Below are positions 48,503 through 57,071 of a stretch of DNA of 64,000 nucleotides, one piece after another. The position numbers and the translations under genes are program-made. Numbering within the stretch: the first letter of the stretch is position 1; every line of letters starts with the position of its first letter. Source of the stretch: Burkholderiales bacterium (GTDB taxonomy: Bacteria; Pseudomonadota; Gammaproteobacteria; Burkholderiales; SHXO01); contig JADZGB010000002.1 of NCBI GenBank assembly GCA_020854105.1, positions 1,695 through 65,694 of the forward strand. Direction: 5' to 3'. Under the pieces are notes generated by a model that was not told where the DNA came from, ran no database searches, and saw only the letters and a list, made by a program, of their open reading frames with translations.

Positions 48503-50563
48503 ATGAACGCACCAGAACGCATCGCCCCCTCCGTCTGCCCGCACGACTGCACCAGCACCTGCGCCCTGGACGTCGAAATCCTGGATGCCCGCACCATCGG
48601 ACGGGTGCGCGGTTCCCAGCGCAATACGTACACCGCCGGGGTGGTCTGCGAGAAGGTGTCGCGCTACGCCGAGCGCGTGCACCACCCCGACCGCCTCGAG
48701 CATCCGCTGCTGCGGGTCGGACCGAAGGGTTCGAAGCAGTGGAAGCGCATCGGCTGGGACGAGGCGCTGGACCGTGTGGCAGAAGCCTTCGTGGGGAAGG
48801 CAGCACGGCACGGATCGGAGACGGTGTGGCCCTACTTCTACGCCGGCACGATGGGTCTGGTGCAGCGCGACGGGATCAACCGGCTGCGCCACGCGATGAA
48901 GTACTCGCGCTGGTACTCCACCATTTGCGTCGCGCTGTCCGACACCGGCTGGCTGGCGGGCGTGGGCAGCAAGCGCGGCGTGGACCTGCTGGAGGCGGCC
49001 GAGCATGCCGGCCTGATCGTGATCTGGGGCGGCAACCCGGTGAACACGCAGGTCAACGTGATGCAGCACTGCATGAGTGCGAAGAAGCGCGGCGCCACAC
49101 TGGTGGTGGTCGATCCCTACCGCACCGGCACGGCCGAGAAGGCCGACATCCACCTCGCGCTGCGCCCGGGCACCGACGGCGCGCTGGCCTGCGGCGTGAT
49201 GCACGTGCTGTTCGCCGAGGGCTATGCCGACTGGGATTACCTGCGCAAGCACACCGACCGCCCGGACGAGCTGGCCGCCCATCTGACGACGCGCACACCG
49301 CAGTGGGCCTCCGACATCACCGGACTGCCGGTGCAGACCATCGTCGACTTCGCGCGCCTGTATGGCAGCACCCGGGCGAGCTTCATCCGCTGCCACCACG
49401 GCTTCTCGCGCAGCCGCAACGGCGCGGCCAACATGCACGCGGTGTCCTGCCTTCCGGCGGTGACCGGTGCGTGGCAGCACCGCGGCGGCGGCGCGCTATA
49501 TGGCCAGGGCGCGTTGTATCCGCTGGACAAGACGCTGATAGAGGGCCTGGACGTGATGGACATGTCGCTGCGCGACCTCGATCAGTCGCGCCTGGGGCCG
49601 ATCCTCACCGGCGATCGCGAGGCGCTCAGAGATGGCCCGCCGGTCACCGCCATGCTGGTGCAGAACACCAATCCGGCGCTGGTCTGCCCCGAACTGCACA
49701 AGGTGCACGAAGGGCTGCTGCGCGAGGATCTGTTCGTGTGCGTGCACGAGCAGTTCATGACCGAGACCGCGGCCCTGGCCGACCTCGTTCTGCCCGCAAC
49801 GAGCTTCCTCGAGCATGACGACTTCTACACGGCCAGCGGCCACACCACCTTCCAGGTGGCGCGCAAGCTGATCGAGCCGCCCGGCGAGGCGCGCGAGAAC
49901 CATTACGTGATCTGCGAACTCGCCAGGCGCCTGGGCGCCCGGCACCCGGGCTTCGAGATGAGCACGTGGGAACTGATGGACCAGACCCTGCGCCGCTCCG
50001 GCATGTGGGACGCGCGGACCAACTACGAGCGCGGCGGCCAGAACTTCGCGCGGCCGTTCGAGCAGATGCACTTCCTGGACGGCTTCGACACGCCGGACCG
50101 CAAGTTCCACTTCTCGCCCGACTGGAAGCGCTTCGGCGGGCGCTGGGAGGAGATGCCCCGGCTGCCCGATCACCTGAACGTGATCGACAACGCCACGGCC
50201 GAGAAGCCCTACCGGATGGTGGCAGCGCCGTCGCGGACCTTCCTCAACTCCACCTTCACCGAGACGCCCGGTTCGCTCAAGCGCGAGAAGCGTCCGACCG
50301 TGCTGATGAACCCCGACGCCTGCGCAGCGCTGCAACTGGTCGAGGGCGATCGCGTCCGCCTGGGCAACGAGCGCGGCGAGGTCATCGTGCACGTGAGGCC
50401 GCAGGCAGGCCAGCAGCGCGACGTCGTGGTGGTGGAGGGCATCTGGCCCAGCAAGTATTTCGAGAACGGCGTCGGCATCAATTCGATCACCAGCGCACAG
50501 CCCGGCTGGCCCAATGGCGGCGCGGTGTTCCACGACACCGCGGTGTGGATCAGGCCGCTGTAG
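48503..50563 (+). CDS. Molybdopterin (bis-MGD) oxidoreductase family protein
   Basis: 686 aa. N-terminal Cys cluster CPHDCTSTC, MopB-type core, and a C-terminal barrel (VVMNPDACAALQLVEGDRVRLGNERGEV). Confidence 0.88.
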   Translation: MNAPERIAPSVCPHDCTSTCALDVEILDARTIGRVRGSQRNTYTAGVVCEKVSRYAERVHHPDRLEHPLLRVGPKGSKQWKRIGWDEALDRVAEAFVGKAARHGSETVWPYFYAGTMGLVQRDGINRLRHAMKYSRWYSTICVALSDTGWLAGVGSKRGVDLLEAAEHAGLIVIWGGNPVNTQVNVMQHCMSAKKRGATLVVVDPYRTGTAEKADIHLALRPGTDGALACGVMHVLFAEGYADWDYLRKHTDRPDELAAHLTTRTPQWASDITGLPVQTIVDFARLYGSTRASFIRCHHGFSRSRNGAANMHAVSCLPAVTGAWQHRGGGALYGQGALYPLDKTLIEGLDVMDMSLRDLDQSRLGPILTGDREALRDGPPVTAMLVQNTNPALVCPELHKVHEGLLREDLFVCVHEQFMTETAALADLVLPATSFLEHDDFYTASGHTTFQVARKLIEPPGEARENHYVICELARRLGARHPGFEMSTWELMDQTLRRSGMWDARTNYERGGQNFARPFEQMHFLDGFDTPDRKFHFSPDWKRFGGRWEEMPRLPDHLNVIDNATAEKPYRMVAAPSRTFLNSTFTETPGSLKREKRPTVLMNPDACAALQLVEGDRVRLGNERGEVIVHVRPQAGQQRDVVVVEGIWPSKYFENGVGINSITSAQPGWPNGGAVFHDTAVWIRPL

Positions 50564-50576
50564 CTCGCGTCGGATG

Positions 50577-50727
50577 CCGCCGCCCCGGCGAAACCTGCCC
50601 CGGGAGGATTTACAGTAAGCCGAGGGCCGGGACCCAGCCAGCCTCCGTCGCACCGGCGAGCCAGGCCCCAGCCCGGCCTCCGTCGCCCCGGCGAAAGCCG
50701 GGGTCCAGCGCAAAAAGAAAAGGCCGC
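50577..50727. repeat. REP-like composite element, array 4
   Basis: ccgccgccccggcgaaacc..., ggatttacagtaagccgagggccgggacccagc..., ccgtcgccccggcgaaagccggggtccagcgcaaaaagaaaaggcc. Confidence 0.8.
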
Positions 50728-50759
50728 TCACCACTTCACCTCCTCCACCTCCGCAGATC

Positions 50760-51074
50760 GTGCCTCCCTTCATCGAATCCTGGCTCGTCCGCTGGAGCCG
50801 CAACTACGCACTCCTGCGCCGCGCCGTGGACGCGGTCGGCCGCGAACTCGCGCGCAAGCCGTACGAGAGCCTGCTGCAGCCCGACGAGTTGTCCTTCACG
50901 CAGTTCGTCGAGGGTGAAGCCGTCGATTTCGAGGTAGAGGTCTATCGCATCGAACCCGACGGTACGATCTGGGCCCGGGTCGAGACGCGCAGCCGCCTGC
51001 CCACGCCCTTCATGCTGCGGCCCGCGCTGGTCTTCACCAAGCATCGGGACGGCATGGCCTACGTGCAGTTCTGA
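50760..51074 (+). CDS. Small hypothetical protein (104 aa) upstream of the TIR gene
   Basis: GTG-initiated ORF with coding-like composition; no motif recognised. Start uncertain. Confidence 0.4.
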   Translation: MPPFIESWLVRWSRNYALLRRAVDAVGRELARKPYESLLQPDELSFTQFVEGEAVDFEVEVYRIEPDGTIWARVETRSRLPTPFMLRPALVFTKHRDGMAYVQF

Positions 51075-51162
51075 TCGACGCAGCAGAGGCGCGCCTGGCG
51101 CGGCCTGCACGCTGTCATTGCGCGCGCAGCGGACGATCCTGCTTTGCGCCAGAATCCTGTCC

Positions 51163-52695
51163 ATGGCGGACATCTTCATCAGCTATGCCAGCGAGGATCG
51201 CGAACGCGCCAAGGTGTTCGCGCTAGCGCTGGAGGGCGAGGGATGGAGTGTCTGGTGGGATCGCCTGATTCCGTTCGGCAAGCCCTTCGATGCGGTCATC
51301 CAGGAGAACCTGACCGCAGCGAAGTGCGTGGTGGTGCTGTGGACCGAACACTCGGTGGCCTCCAAGTGGGTGCGCTCGGAAGCAGCTGCGGCCGAAGAGC
51401 GGTACACGCTGGTGCCGGTGATCCTGGACGAGGACGTGCAGTTGCCGCTGGCGTTCAAGCTGCTGCAGTGCGCCAAGCTGCACGACTGGGATCCGGACAG
51501 CGACAGCGCCGAGTACGACAAGATCCTGGCGCAGATCCGCGTACTGGTGAGCGGCGGCGGAACGACGCCCGAGCCCGCGGTGACGCCGGCGCGGCGCCTG
51601 ACGTTGCGCGGCAGCGGGGTCAGGCGCCGCTCGTGGCTGGTGCTGCTGTTCCTCGTGCTGCCGTCGCTGCTGGCGATCGGCGGTGCGCTCGTCCTGATGA
51701 ACTGGCGCGTTGCCACGCAGATCGAGCTGGCGCTGCAGGTCGACCGTATCGCCTTCACGCTGGCCGGCAGTGAGCGGGTGCCGCTGCTCGAGCGTGCCGT
51801 GAGCTTCGATGCTCTCTCGCTCGAACGGCTCGCGCGGGTGGAGTTGCGTGCAGCGCGTCTGCTGCCTGTCGATCCTGTCCCTGGCAGCGCCGAGCGGCGG
51901 GGCGTGACGCTGAAGCTGGAGGGCACGCCGCGCGATCGCATGGCCGTGGATTTCGAGAGCGAGACCGGCGGTGCGGTGACGGGTCGGCTGTCCGCGCTGT
52001 CGGTGGATCCGGGCACGCAGGTGGTGCTCGAGATGCGCCAGGGAGCCAGGCCGGCGCTCGTCATGCACCTGGACGCGCCGGCGATCGAGACCTCGGTGCT
52101 GCCCGCGCACCCGCTGCTGCTGACAGTGAGCAACGCCACAGTCGCGGAGCCGCCCGGCTTCGCGCAGTCGCCGCGCTGGCGCGCGCGACTCCAGATCAGC
52201 GAGGCCGACCCGATCATCGCCGTACGCGGCATCGCCTCCGCGTTCACGGCGATCATCGCGCCCTCGCGGGCGATGCGTGTTCTGCCCGACGGCGGGGCCC
52301 CCGTCTCCCAGGTGGAACTGCTCAGGCAGACCGGCAGCGGCGGTTATGCCAGTGCCCTGGTCGCGCCTGCCCGGCTCAGCTATCCCGGCTATGCGAAGGA
52401 CGCGGTCACGCTCGCGGCCGGCAGCCTGCTGAGCATCGACGCGCTGCACGATGCGACGCTCGCCGCGATCACGGTCGAGCCTGCACAGACGGTCTTGCCG
52501 GTGACGGTGCGCGCCCAGGCAGGCAGGATCCAGTCGCGGCTGGGCGGCGGCCCGCCGGTCGATCATCGCCTCAGCCTGTTCGACAGACTATGGTACGGAT
52601 CACGCACGGCGCTGCTGTTCAGCATCCTGGTGTGGGTGGCGAGCGTGACCGTGGGCGCGTACAAGCTCTACAGGGAGACCAGGGGGAGCACATGA
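51163..52695 (+). CDS. TIR-domain membrane protein: N-terminal TIR, TM helix, ~330-aa unknown extracytoplasmic domain, C-terminal TM helix
   Basis: MADIFISYASEDRERAKVFALALEGEGWSVWWDR...CVVVLWTEHSVASKWVRSEAAAA is a TIR_2-type sequence including the conserved Glu. TM1 is WLVLLFLVLPSLLAIGGALVLMNW; TM2 is ALLFSILVWVASVTVGAY. Confidence 0.85.
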   Translation: MADIFISYASEDRERAKVFALALEGEGWSVWWDRLIPFGKPFDAVIQENLTAAKCVVVLWTEHSVASKWVRSEAAAAEERYTLVPVILDEDVQLPLAFKLLQCAKLHDWDPDSDSAEYDKILAQIRVLVSGGGTTPEPAVTPARRLTLRGSGVRRRSWLVLLFLVLPSLLAIGGALVLMNWRVATQIELALQVDRIAFTLAGSERVPLLERAVSFDALSLERLARVELRAARLLPVDPVPGSAERRGVTLKLEGTPRDRMAVDFESETGGAVTGRLSALSVDPGTQVVLEMRQGARPALVMHLDAPAIETSVLPAHPLLLTVSNATVAEPPGFAQSPRWRARLQISEADPIIAVRGIASAFTAIIAPSRAMRVLPDGGAPVSQVELLRQTGSGGYASALVAPARLSYPGYAKDAVTLAAGSLLSIDALHDATLAAITVEPAQTVLPVTVRAQAGRIQSRLGGGPPVDHRLSLFDRLWYGSRTALLFSILVWVASVTVGAYKLYRETRGST

Positions 52696-53870
52696 CACAC
52701 ATCACGCGGATCCTGCCGCCGATCGCACTCGTCTTCGCCCTGCTGCTCGCGGCCGCGTCCGCGTCCGCCGCCAGTGCACCAACCGCCGCGGAAATGCGCA
52801 GCGGCGTGGCGAAGATCGCTTCCACCGCTGGCGGTATACGCCGCACGGGCACGGGCTTCGTGGTGCAGGCGGCCGGCGATGCCGTGTACATCGCCACCGC
52901 CTCGCACGTCGTGGAAGGCGACAAGGCGCCGCGGGTGGCCTTCCTGCCCGATCCCAACGCCGAATTCGAGGCGCAGGTGGTGAAGATAGAAAGCGGCGAT
53001 CCCAGGGGTCTTGCCCTGCTGGTCGTGCGCGGCAACGTGAAGCGGTTGCTGCGCGAGTTGCAGGTGCTGCAGTTCAGCACGTCGAACGATCTGGCAGCCG
53101 GCGACGCCGTCACCGCGATCGGATTTCCCCAGGGCGGGGGCGGATGGGCGGTGGTGCCGGCGACGGTTGCCTCGCGCGAGGGGCGCGAACTGGTGCTGAG
53201 CGGCAACATCGCCGAAGGCAGCTCCGGCGGACCGATCGTCAAGGACGGTGCCGTCGTGGGCCTGGTCACCGGAACCCAGGGCCAGTACGCGCGCGCCACG
53301 CCCGCCGTCATCGTGCGCTTCACCATGGAAGGCTGGGGCGTGAAGCTCCCCGCGGGCAGTGCGCCCGCCGCAGCGGCACCGGAGACGGCCACGCGCCGGC
53401 CCGCAGCCACGTCTGCACCGGCATCGTCCGGACCGGCACCGGCGACGTCCGGTTCGGCACCGGAAGCGTCCAGCCCGGCACCGGCATCGCCCGGTTCGGC
53501 ACCGGGGGCGCCCGGTCCGACACCGGCGCCGCCGCCGGCAGCTGCCAATGCCAGCCCGCAGGTATCCGGTTATTACACCGGCCAGTTGCACGGCATGACC
53601 GTGCTGCAGCAGCGCTACACGTGCGGATTCGCCGCCAGTTTCACCCAGGCCGGGCAGGAGGTCACGGGGCAGTACGCCAACACCTGCGGCGACCAGGGTG
53701 TGTTCGGCGGACAGCTGATCCAGAACGGATTGGTGGGGCAGACGCTGTCGCACGTCAACGGCGGCTACTGCGGTATGGCGATCGAGGTCACCGGCAACGG
53801 TGCGTCGCTCCAGGGCCAATACGAGTGCGCGAACGGCGAGAAGGGCTCTTTCACGATGGTGAGGAACTGA
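52692..53870 (+). CDS. Secreted trypsin-fold (S1/S1C-like) serine protease with Pro/Ala/Ser linker and Cys-containing C-terminal domain
   Basis: The ATG overlaps the TIR gene stop (ATGA). Signal peptide ILPPIALVFALLLAAASASAASA; triad contexts ATASHVV, GLALLVV, GSSGGPIV. The linker APAAAAPETATRRPAATSAPASSGPAPATSGSAPEASSPAPASPGSAPGAPGPTPAPPPAAA is followed by a domain with 4 Cys. Confidence 0.85.
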   Translation: MTHITRILPPIALVFALLLAAASASAASAPTAAEMRSGVAKIASTAGGIRRTGTGFVVQAAGDAVYIATASHVVEGDKAPRVAFLPDPNAEFEAQVVKIESGDPRGLALLVVRGNVKRLLRELQVLQFSTSNDLAAGDAVTAIGFPQGGGGWAVVPATVASREGRELVLSGNIAEGSSGGPIVKDGAVVGLVTGTQGQYARATPAVIVRFTMEGWGVKLPAGSAPAAAAPETATRRPAATSAPASSGPAPATSGSAPEASSPAPASPGSAPGAPGPTPAPPPAAANASPQVSGYYTGQLHGMTVLQQRYTCGFAASFTQAGQEVTGQYANTCGDQGVFGGQLIQNGLVGQTLSHVNGGYCGMAIEVTGNGASLQGQYECANGEKGSFTMVRN

Positions 53871-53920
53871 GACTCGCGGAAGTCCCTCGCTCCGCGATCA
53901 CTCCGTCAACTCTGAATCAT

Positions 53921-54097
53921 CCTGTCACGCCGGAAGCCTGCCCGGAACGCTTCAATCCGGGGCCGGAGCCCGGCACCACCATCCGTCGCCCCGGCGAAAG
54001 CCGGGGCCCAGCGAAACAGAAAAGGCTCTGGATCCCTGCATTCGCCGGGATGACGGGGCGATGGTTGCTGGATCCCGCCCTTCGCCGGGATGACGGC
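53921..54097. repeat. REP-like composite element, array 5 (complete C-B-A-A arrangement)
   Basis: Unit C: cttcaatccggggccggagcc. Unit B: ccgtcgccccggcgaaagccggggcccagcgaaacagaaaaggc. Unit A twice: ctggatccctgcattcgccgggatgacgg and ctggatcccgcccttcgccgggatgacgg. Confidence 0.85.
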
Positions 54098-54287
54098 AAG
54101 AAGCTCCGCCGCGAGGATGCCGGCCGGGCCTGCGTCCCGCGCAGAAACAATTCTGTTTCGAAGCAGACATCGTGCGGATACCGCACCCGCGTACGGTGTG
54201 GGTGTCACGAGCAGATCCTGTGCGCTGAGCCGTGCAGCAGAACGCTGGATGCAGCTACCCATTCCAACCGTCATCACGGAGCGCGCC

Positions 54288-55382
54288 ATGTCCGCTCAAC
54301 GTCGCCAGCTTCCTCACCAGTCCGACCGCCTGTTCATGACCGACGGCGGGCTGGAGACCACCCTGATCTTCCAGGACGGCATCGACCTTCCGGCATTCGC
54401 CGCCTTCGATCTGATGAAGTCCGAGGAGGGCATGCAGCGGCTGCGCGAATATTACCGGCGCTATGTCGTGATGGCGCACGCACTCGGTCTCGGCATCGTG
54501 CTGGAGGCGCCGACCTGGCGCGCCAATGCTGACTGGGCAACCCAGCTCGGGTACGACGAGGTCTCGCTGGCGCGCGTCAATCGCCGGTCGATCGGGATGC
54601 TTGCCACCCTGCGCCAGGCGTACGAGACCGCTGGTACTCCGATCGTGCTCAGCGGCTGCCTGGGGCCGCGTGGAGACGGATACCGCGTGTACGGGCGCAT
54701 GACCGCCGCGCAGGCGCGCGACTACCACGCCGTGCAGATCGATACCTTCGCAGGTACCGAGGCAGACATGATGGCGGCCTTCACCATGAACTACGTCGAC
54801 GAAGCGCTTGGCATCGTGCTGGCCGCGCGCGGCGCGCAGATGCCGGTGGCGATCTCGTTCACGGTGGAGACGGACGGACGTCTGCCGTCCGGCGATACGC
54901 TGCAGGAGGCGATCGAGCGCACCGATCGGGAGACCGACGGCTATCCCGCCTACTACATGATCAACTGCGCGCACCCGACACACTTCCACCACGTACTGTC
55001 GGACGAGCGTCATCCCGGCGACAGCCAGGATTCAGCAACCACCTCCCGTCATCCCGGCGACAGCCGGGATCCAGAACTCCCCGGCTGGCGCATGCGCATC
55101 GCCGGCATTCGTGCCAACGCGTCCACGCGCAGCCACGCAGAACTGGACGAGAGCACGGAGCTGGACGATGGCGATCCCGTCGAGCTCGGCCGTCAATACG
55201 TGGCGCTGCGCGGCCTCCTGCCGCGGCTGACGGTGGTGGGCGGCTGCTGCGGCACGGATCACCGGCACGTCGAGTCGATCTGCCGGGCGATGAGCGACGT
55301 TGCCGCGCCGGTTTCGATTCCGATCGCCTCCTCGTCCGGGGCGGACGCTTTGCGCGGTGGCACCCGGCTGCCGGCCGGATGA
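54288..55382 (+). CDS. Homocysteine S-methyltransferase family protein carrying an in-frame REP-derived insertion
   Basis: LFMTDGGLETTLIF N-terminus; zinc-ligand contexts MINCAHP and VVGGCCGTDHRHV. ATG at 54288; the ORF start at 54090 lies inside REP array 5 and is rejected. Confidence 0.85.
   Translation: MSAQRRQLPHQSDRLFMTDGGLETTLIFQDGIDLPAFAAFDLMKSEEGMQRLREYYRRYVVMAHALGLGIVLEAPTWRANADWATQLGYDEVSLARVNRRSIGMLATLRQAYETAGTPIVLSGCLGPRGDGYRVYGRMTAAQARDYHAVQIDTFAGTEADMMAAFTMNYVDEALGIVLAARGAQMPVAISFTVETDGRLPSGDTLQEAIERTDRETDGYPAYYMINCAHPTHFHHVLSDERHPGDSQDSATTSRHPGDSRDPELPGWRMRIAGIRANASTRSHAELDESTELDDGDPVELGRQYVALRGLLPRLTVVGGCCGTDHRHVESICRAMSDVAAPVSIPIASSSGADALRGGTRLPAG
55018..55084 (-). repeat. 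REP unit-A doublet located inside the methyltransferase CDS (opposite orientation to array 5)
   Basis: The reverse complement reads ctggatcccggctgtcgccgggatgacgggaggtggttgctgaatcctggctgtcgccgggatgacg, almost colinear with 54037-54097. Confidence 0.8.
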
Positions 55383-55510
55383 CGGCTCGGCTCGCGCGAT
55401 GCTGACGAGGCGGAAGTCGGCCGGCGTAGTGTCATCGCGGCAGCACGGTGTGGCCTTCACGCGCGCACGGCGATGATTTCGCGTAGCACTCCAACGAGAG
55501 GAGACCCTGC

Positions 55511-56167
55511 ATGGACCATTCGAATGCGTTCGACCGCCGCAACTTCCTCGGCTTCACCGCCGCCGCTGCCACTCTCGGTCTCGCCGCTGCCGCACCGGCG
55601 GCACGCGCGGCCACCGGTCCCTCCACTGCCTTCACTCAGTGGCTCGACAGCATTCCAGGCACGCACAAGGTAACCCTCGACGTGCGCGAGCCGGGCGGGG
55701 GCATGTGCAACGTCTGGGCATGGGTCTACCTGTTCACCGCGCCCAAGGCCTACGGCATGAACGAAGGCGACATGGGCGTGGCGATGGTGCTGCGCCACAA
55801 CGCCATCCCCTTCGCGCTGGGTGACGAGGCGTGGAGCAAGTACAGGCTCGGCGAGGTGTTCAAGATCGACGACCACGAGACGGGCAAGGCAGCGGTGCGC
55901 CATCCCTACTACGTGGACATGCCCGCCGAATTCTTTCCGGACATGGCGCTGCAGACGCTGATCGAGCGCGGCGTCAAGCCGGTGGCCTGCGACATGGCGA
56001 TCTTCTACTACAGCGGTCTGGTGGCGAAGGCGATGAGCCTGAAGCACGAGGACGTGATGGCGGACTGGAACGCCAATGTGCTGCCCGGCATCGCCCACGC
56101 GCCCTCGGGCCTGGTGGCGGTTCAGGGTCTGGGCGAGCGCGGCTGTTCCTACATCTACGCAGGCTAG
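55511..56167 (+). CDS. Tat-signal periplasmic protein of unknown function (DsrE-like fold suspected)
   Basis: Twin-arginine motif DRRNFLGF plus AxA site; 218 aa; alpha/beta pattern with conserved Cys context (KPVACDMAIFY). Confidence 0.65.
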   Translation: MDHSNAFDRRNFLGFTAAAATLGLAAAAPAARAATGPSTAFTQWLDSIPGTHKVTLDVREPGGGMCNVWAWVYLFTAPKAYGMNEGDMGVAMVLRHNAIPFALGDEAWSKYRLGEVFKIDDHETGKAAVRHPYYVDMPAEFFPDMALQTLIERGVKPVACDMAIFYYSGLVAKAMSLKHEDVMADWNANVLPGIAHAPSGLVAVQGLGERGCSYIYAG

Positions 56168-56237
56168 CGCCTGCACAACCGGACAGCGGGCGGATGCCAG
56201 CGCATTCGCCCGCTGCTGCACGGAGAACACCTGCGCC

Positions 56238-57071
56238 ATGAAGAAACTGCTCTTCGCGGCGGCGGGCGTGCTTGCCCTGTCGCTGCCGGCCCAGGACGCG
56301 GCCGCACGTCCCACGATCGAGGAACTGCAGAAGCGGGCGGTCCTCGACGACTACGAAGCGAACGTGCTGTTCGGCTACAACATCGTGATGGACAGCAACC
56401 GCTACGCGCCGCGCTACGCCGGGAACGCATTGCGCTGCAGCAGCTGCCATCTCGACGGCGGCACCAGGCCGGACGGCTTTCCGCTGTTCGTCGCCGGTGT
56501 CTATCCGAAGTGGCGCGCGAAGAACGGCGTGCGCAATTCGCTGGAGATGCGCATCCGTGACTGCTTCCTGTACAGCCTCAGCGGAGTGATGCCGCCGGAG
56601 GAGGCGCCGGAGGTGCTCGCGGTGTCGGCCTACATCAGCTATCTCTCGTACGGCAAGTCGATCGGCACCCCGCCGCAGGGATGGGGCGTGCCCACGCTGC
56701 CCGAGACCGGCGCCGATCCCGATCCCGCGCGCGGACAGGCGGTGTTCCGGCGCGCGTGCACGCTGTGCCACGGTGCCGATGGCGCGGGCACCGCGGTCGC
56801 GCCGCCGCTGTGGGGCTTTCAGTCGTTCAACGCGGGCTCGGGCATGAACGTCGTGCCGCGCCTCGCCGGTTTCATCTGGGCCAACATGCCGATGGGCGCG
56901 GAGCGCTCGCTCACGCACCAGGAGGCGCTCGACGTGGCGGCCTTCCTGCACATCCAGCACCGGCCGTTCGATCCGCGCGAAGGCCGGCTGAGGAAGCTCG
57001 CCGAGGAGATCTATCATGGCCTGTCCCGGCTGTTCGGAGCGCGCGCGCCGGCCGCGCCCACCGGTCGATGA
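56238..57071 (+). CDS. Dihaem c-type cytochrome, TsdA-like (thiosulfate dehydrogenase family)
   Basis: Signal peptide; haem motifs CSSCH and CTLCH; a Cys (RIRDCF) about 40 residues after the first haem His. ATG at 56238. Confidence 0.75.
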   Translation: MKKLLFAAAGVLALSLPAQDAAARPTIEELQKRAVLDDYEANVLFGYNIVMDSNRYAPRYAGNALRCSSCHLDGGTRPDGFPLFVAGVYPKWRAKNGVRNSLEMRIRDCFLYSLSGVMPPEEAPEVLAVSAYISYLSYGKSIGTPPQGWGVPTLPETGADPDPARGQAVFRRACTLCHGADGAGTAVAPPLWGFQSFNAGSGMNVVPRLAGFIWANMPMGAERSLTHQEALDVAAFLHIQHRPFDPREGRLRKLAEEIYHGLSRLFGARAPAAPTGR

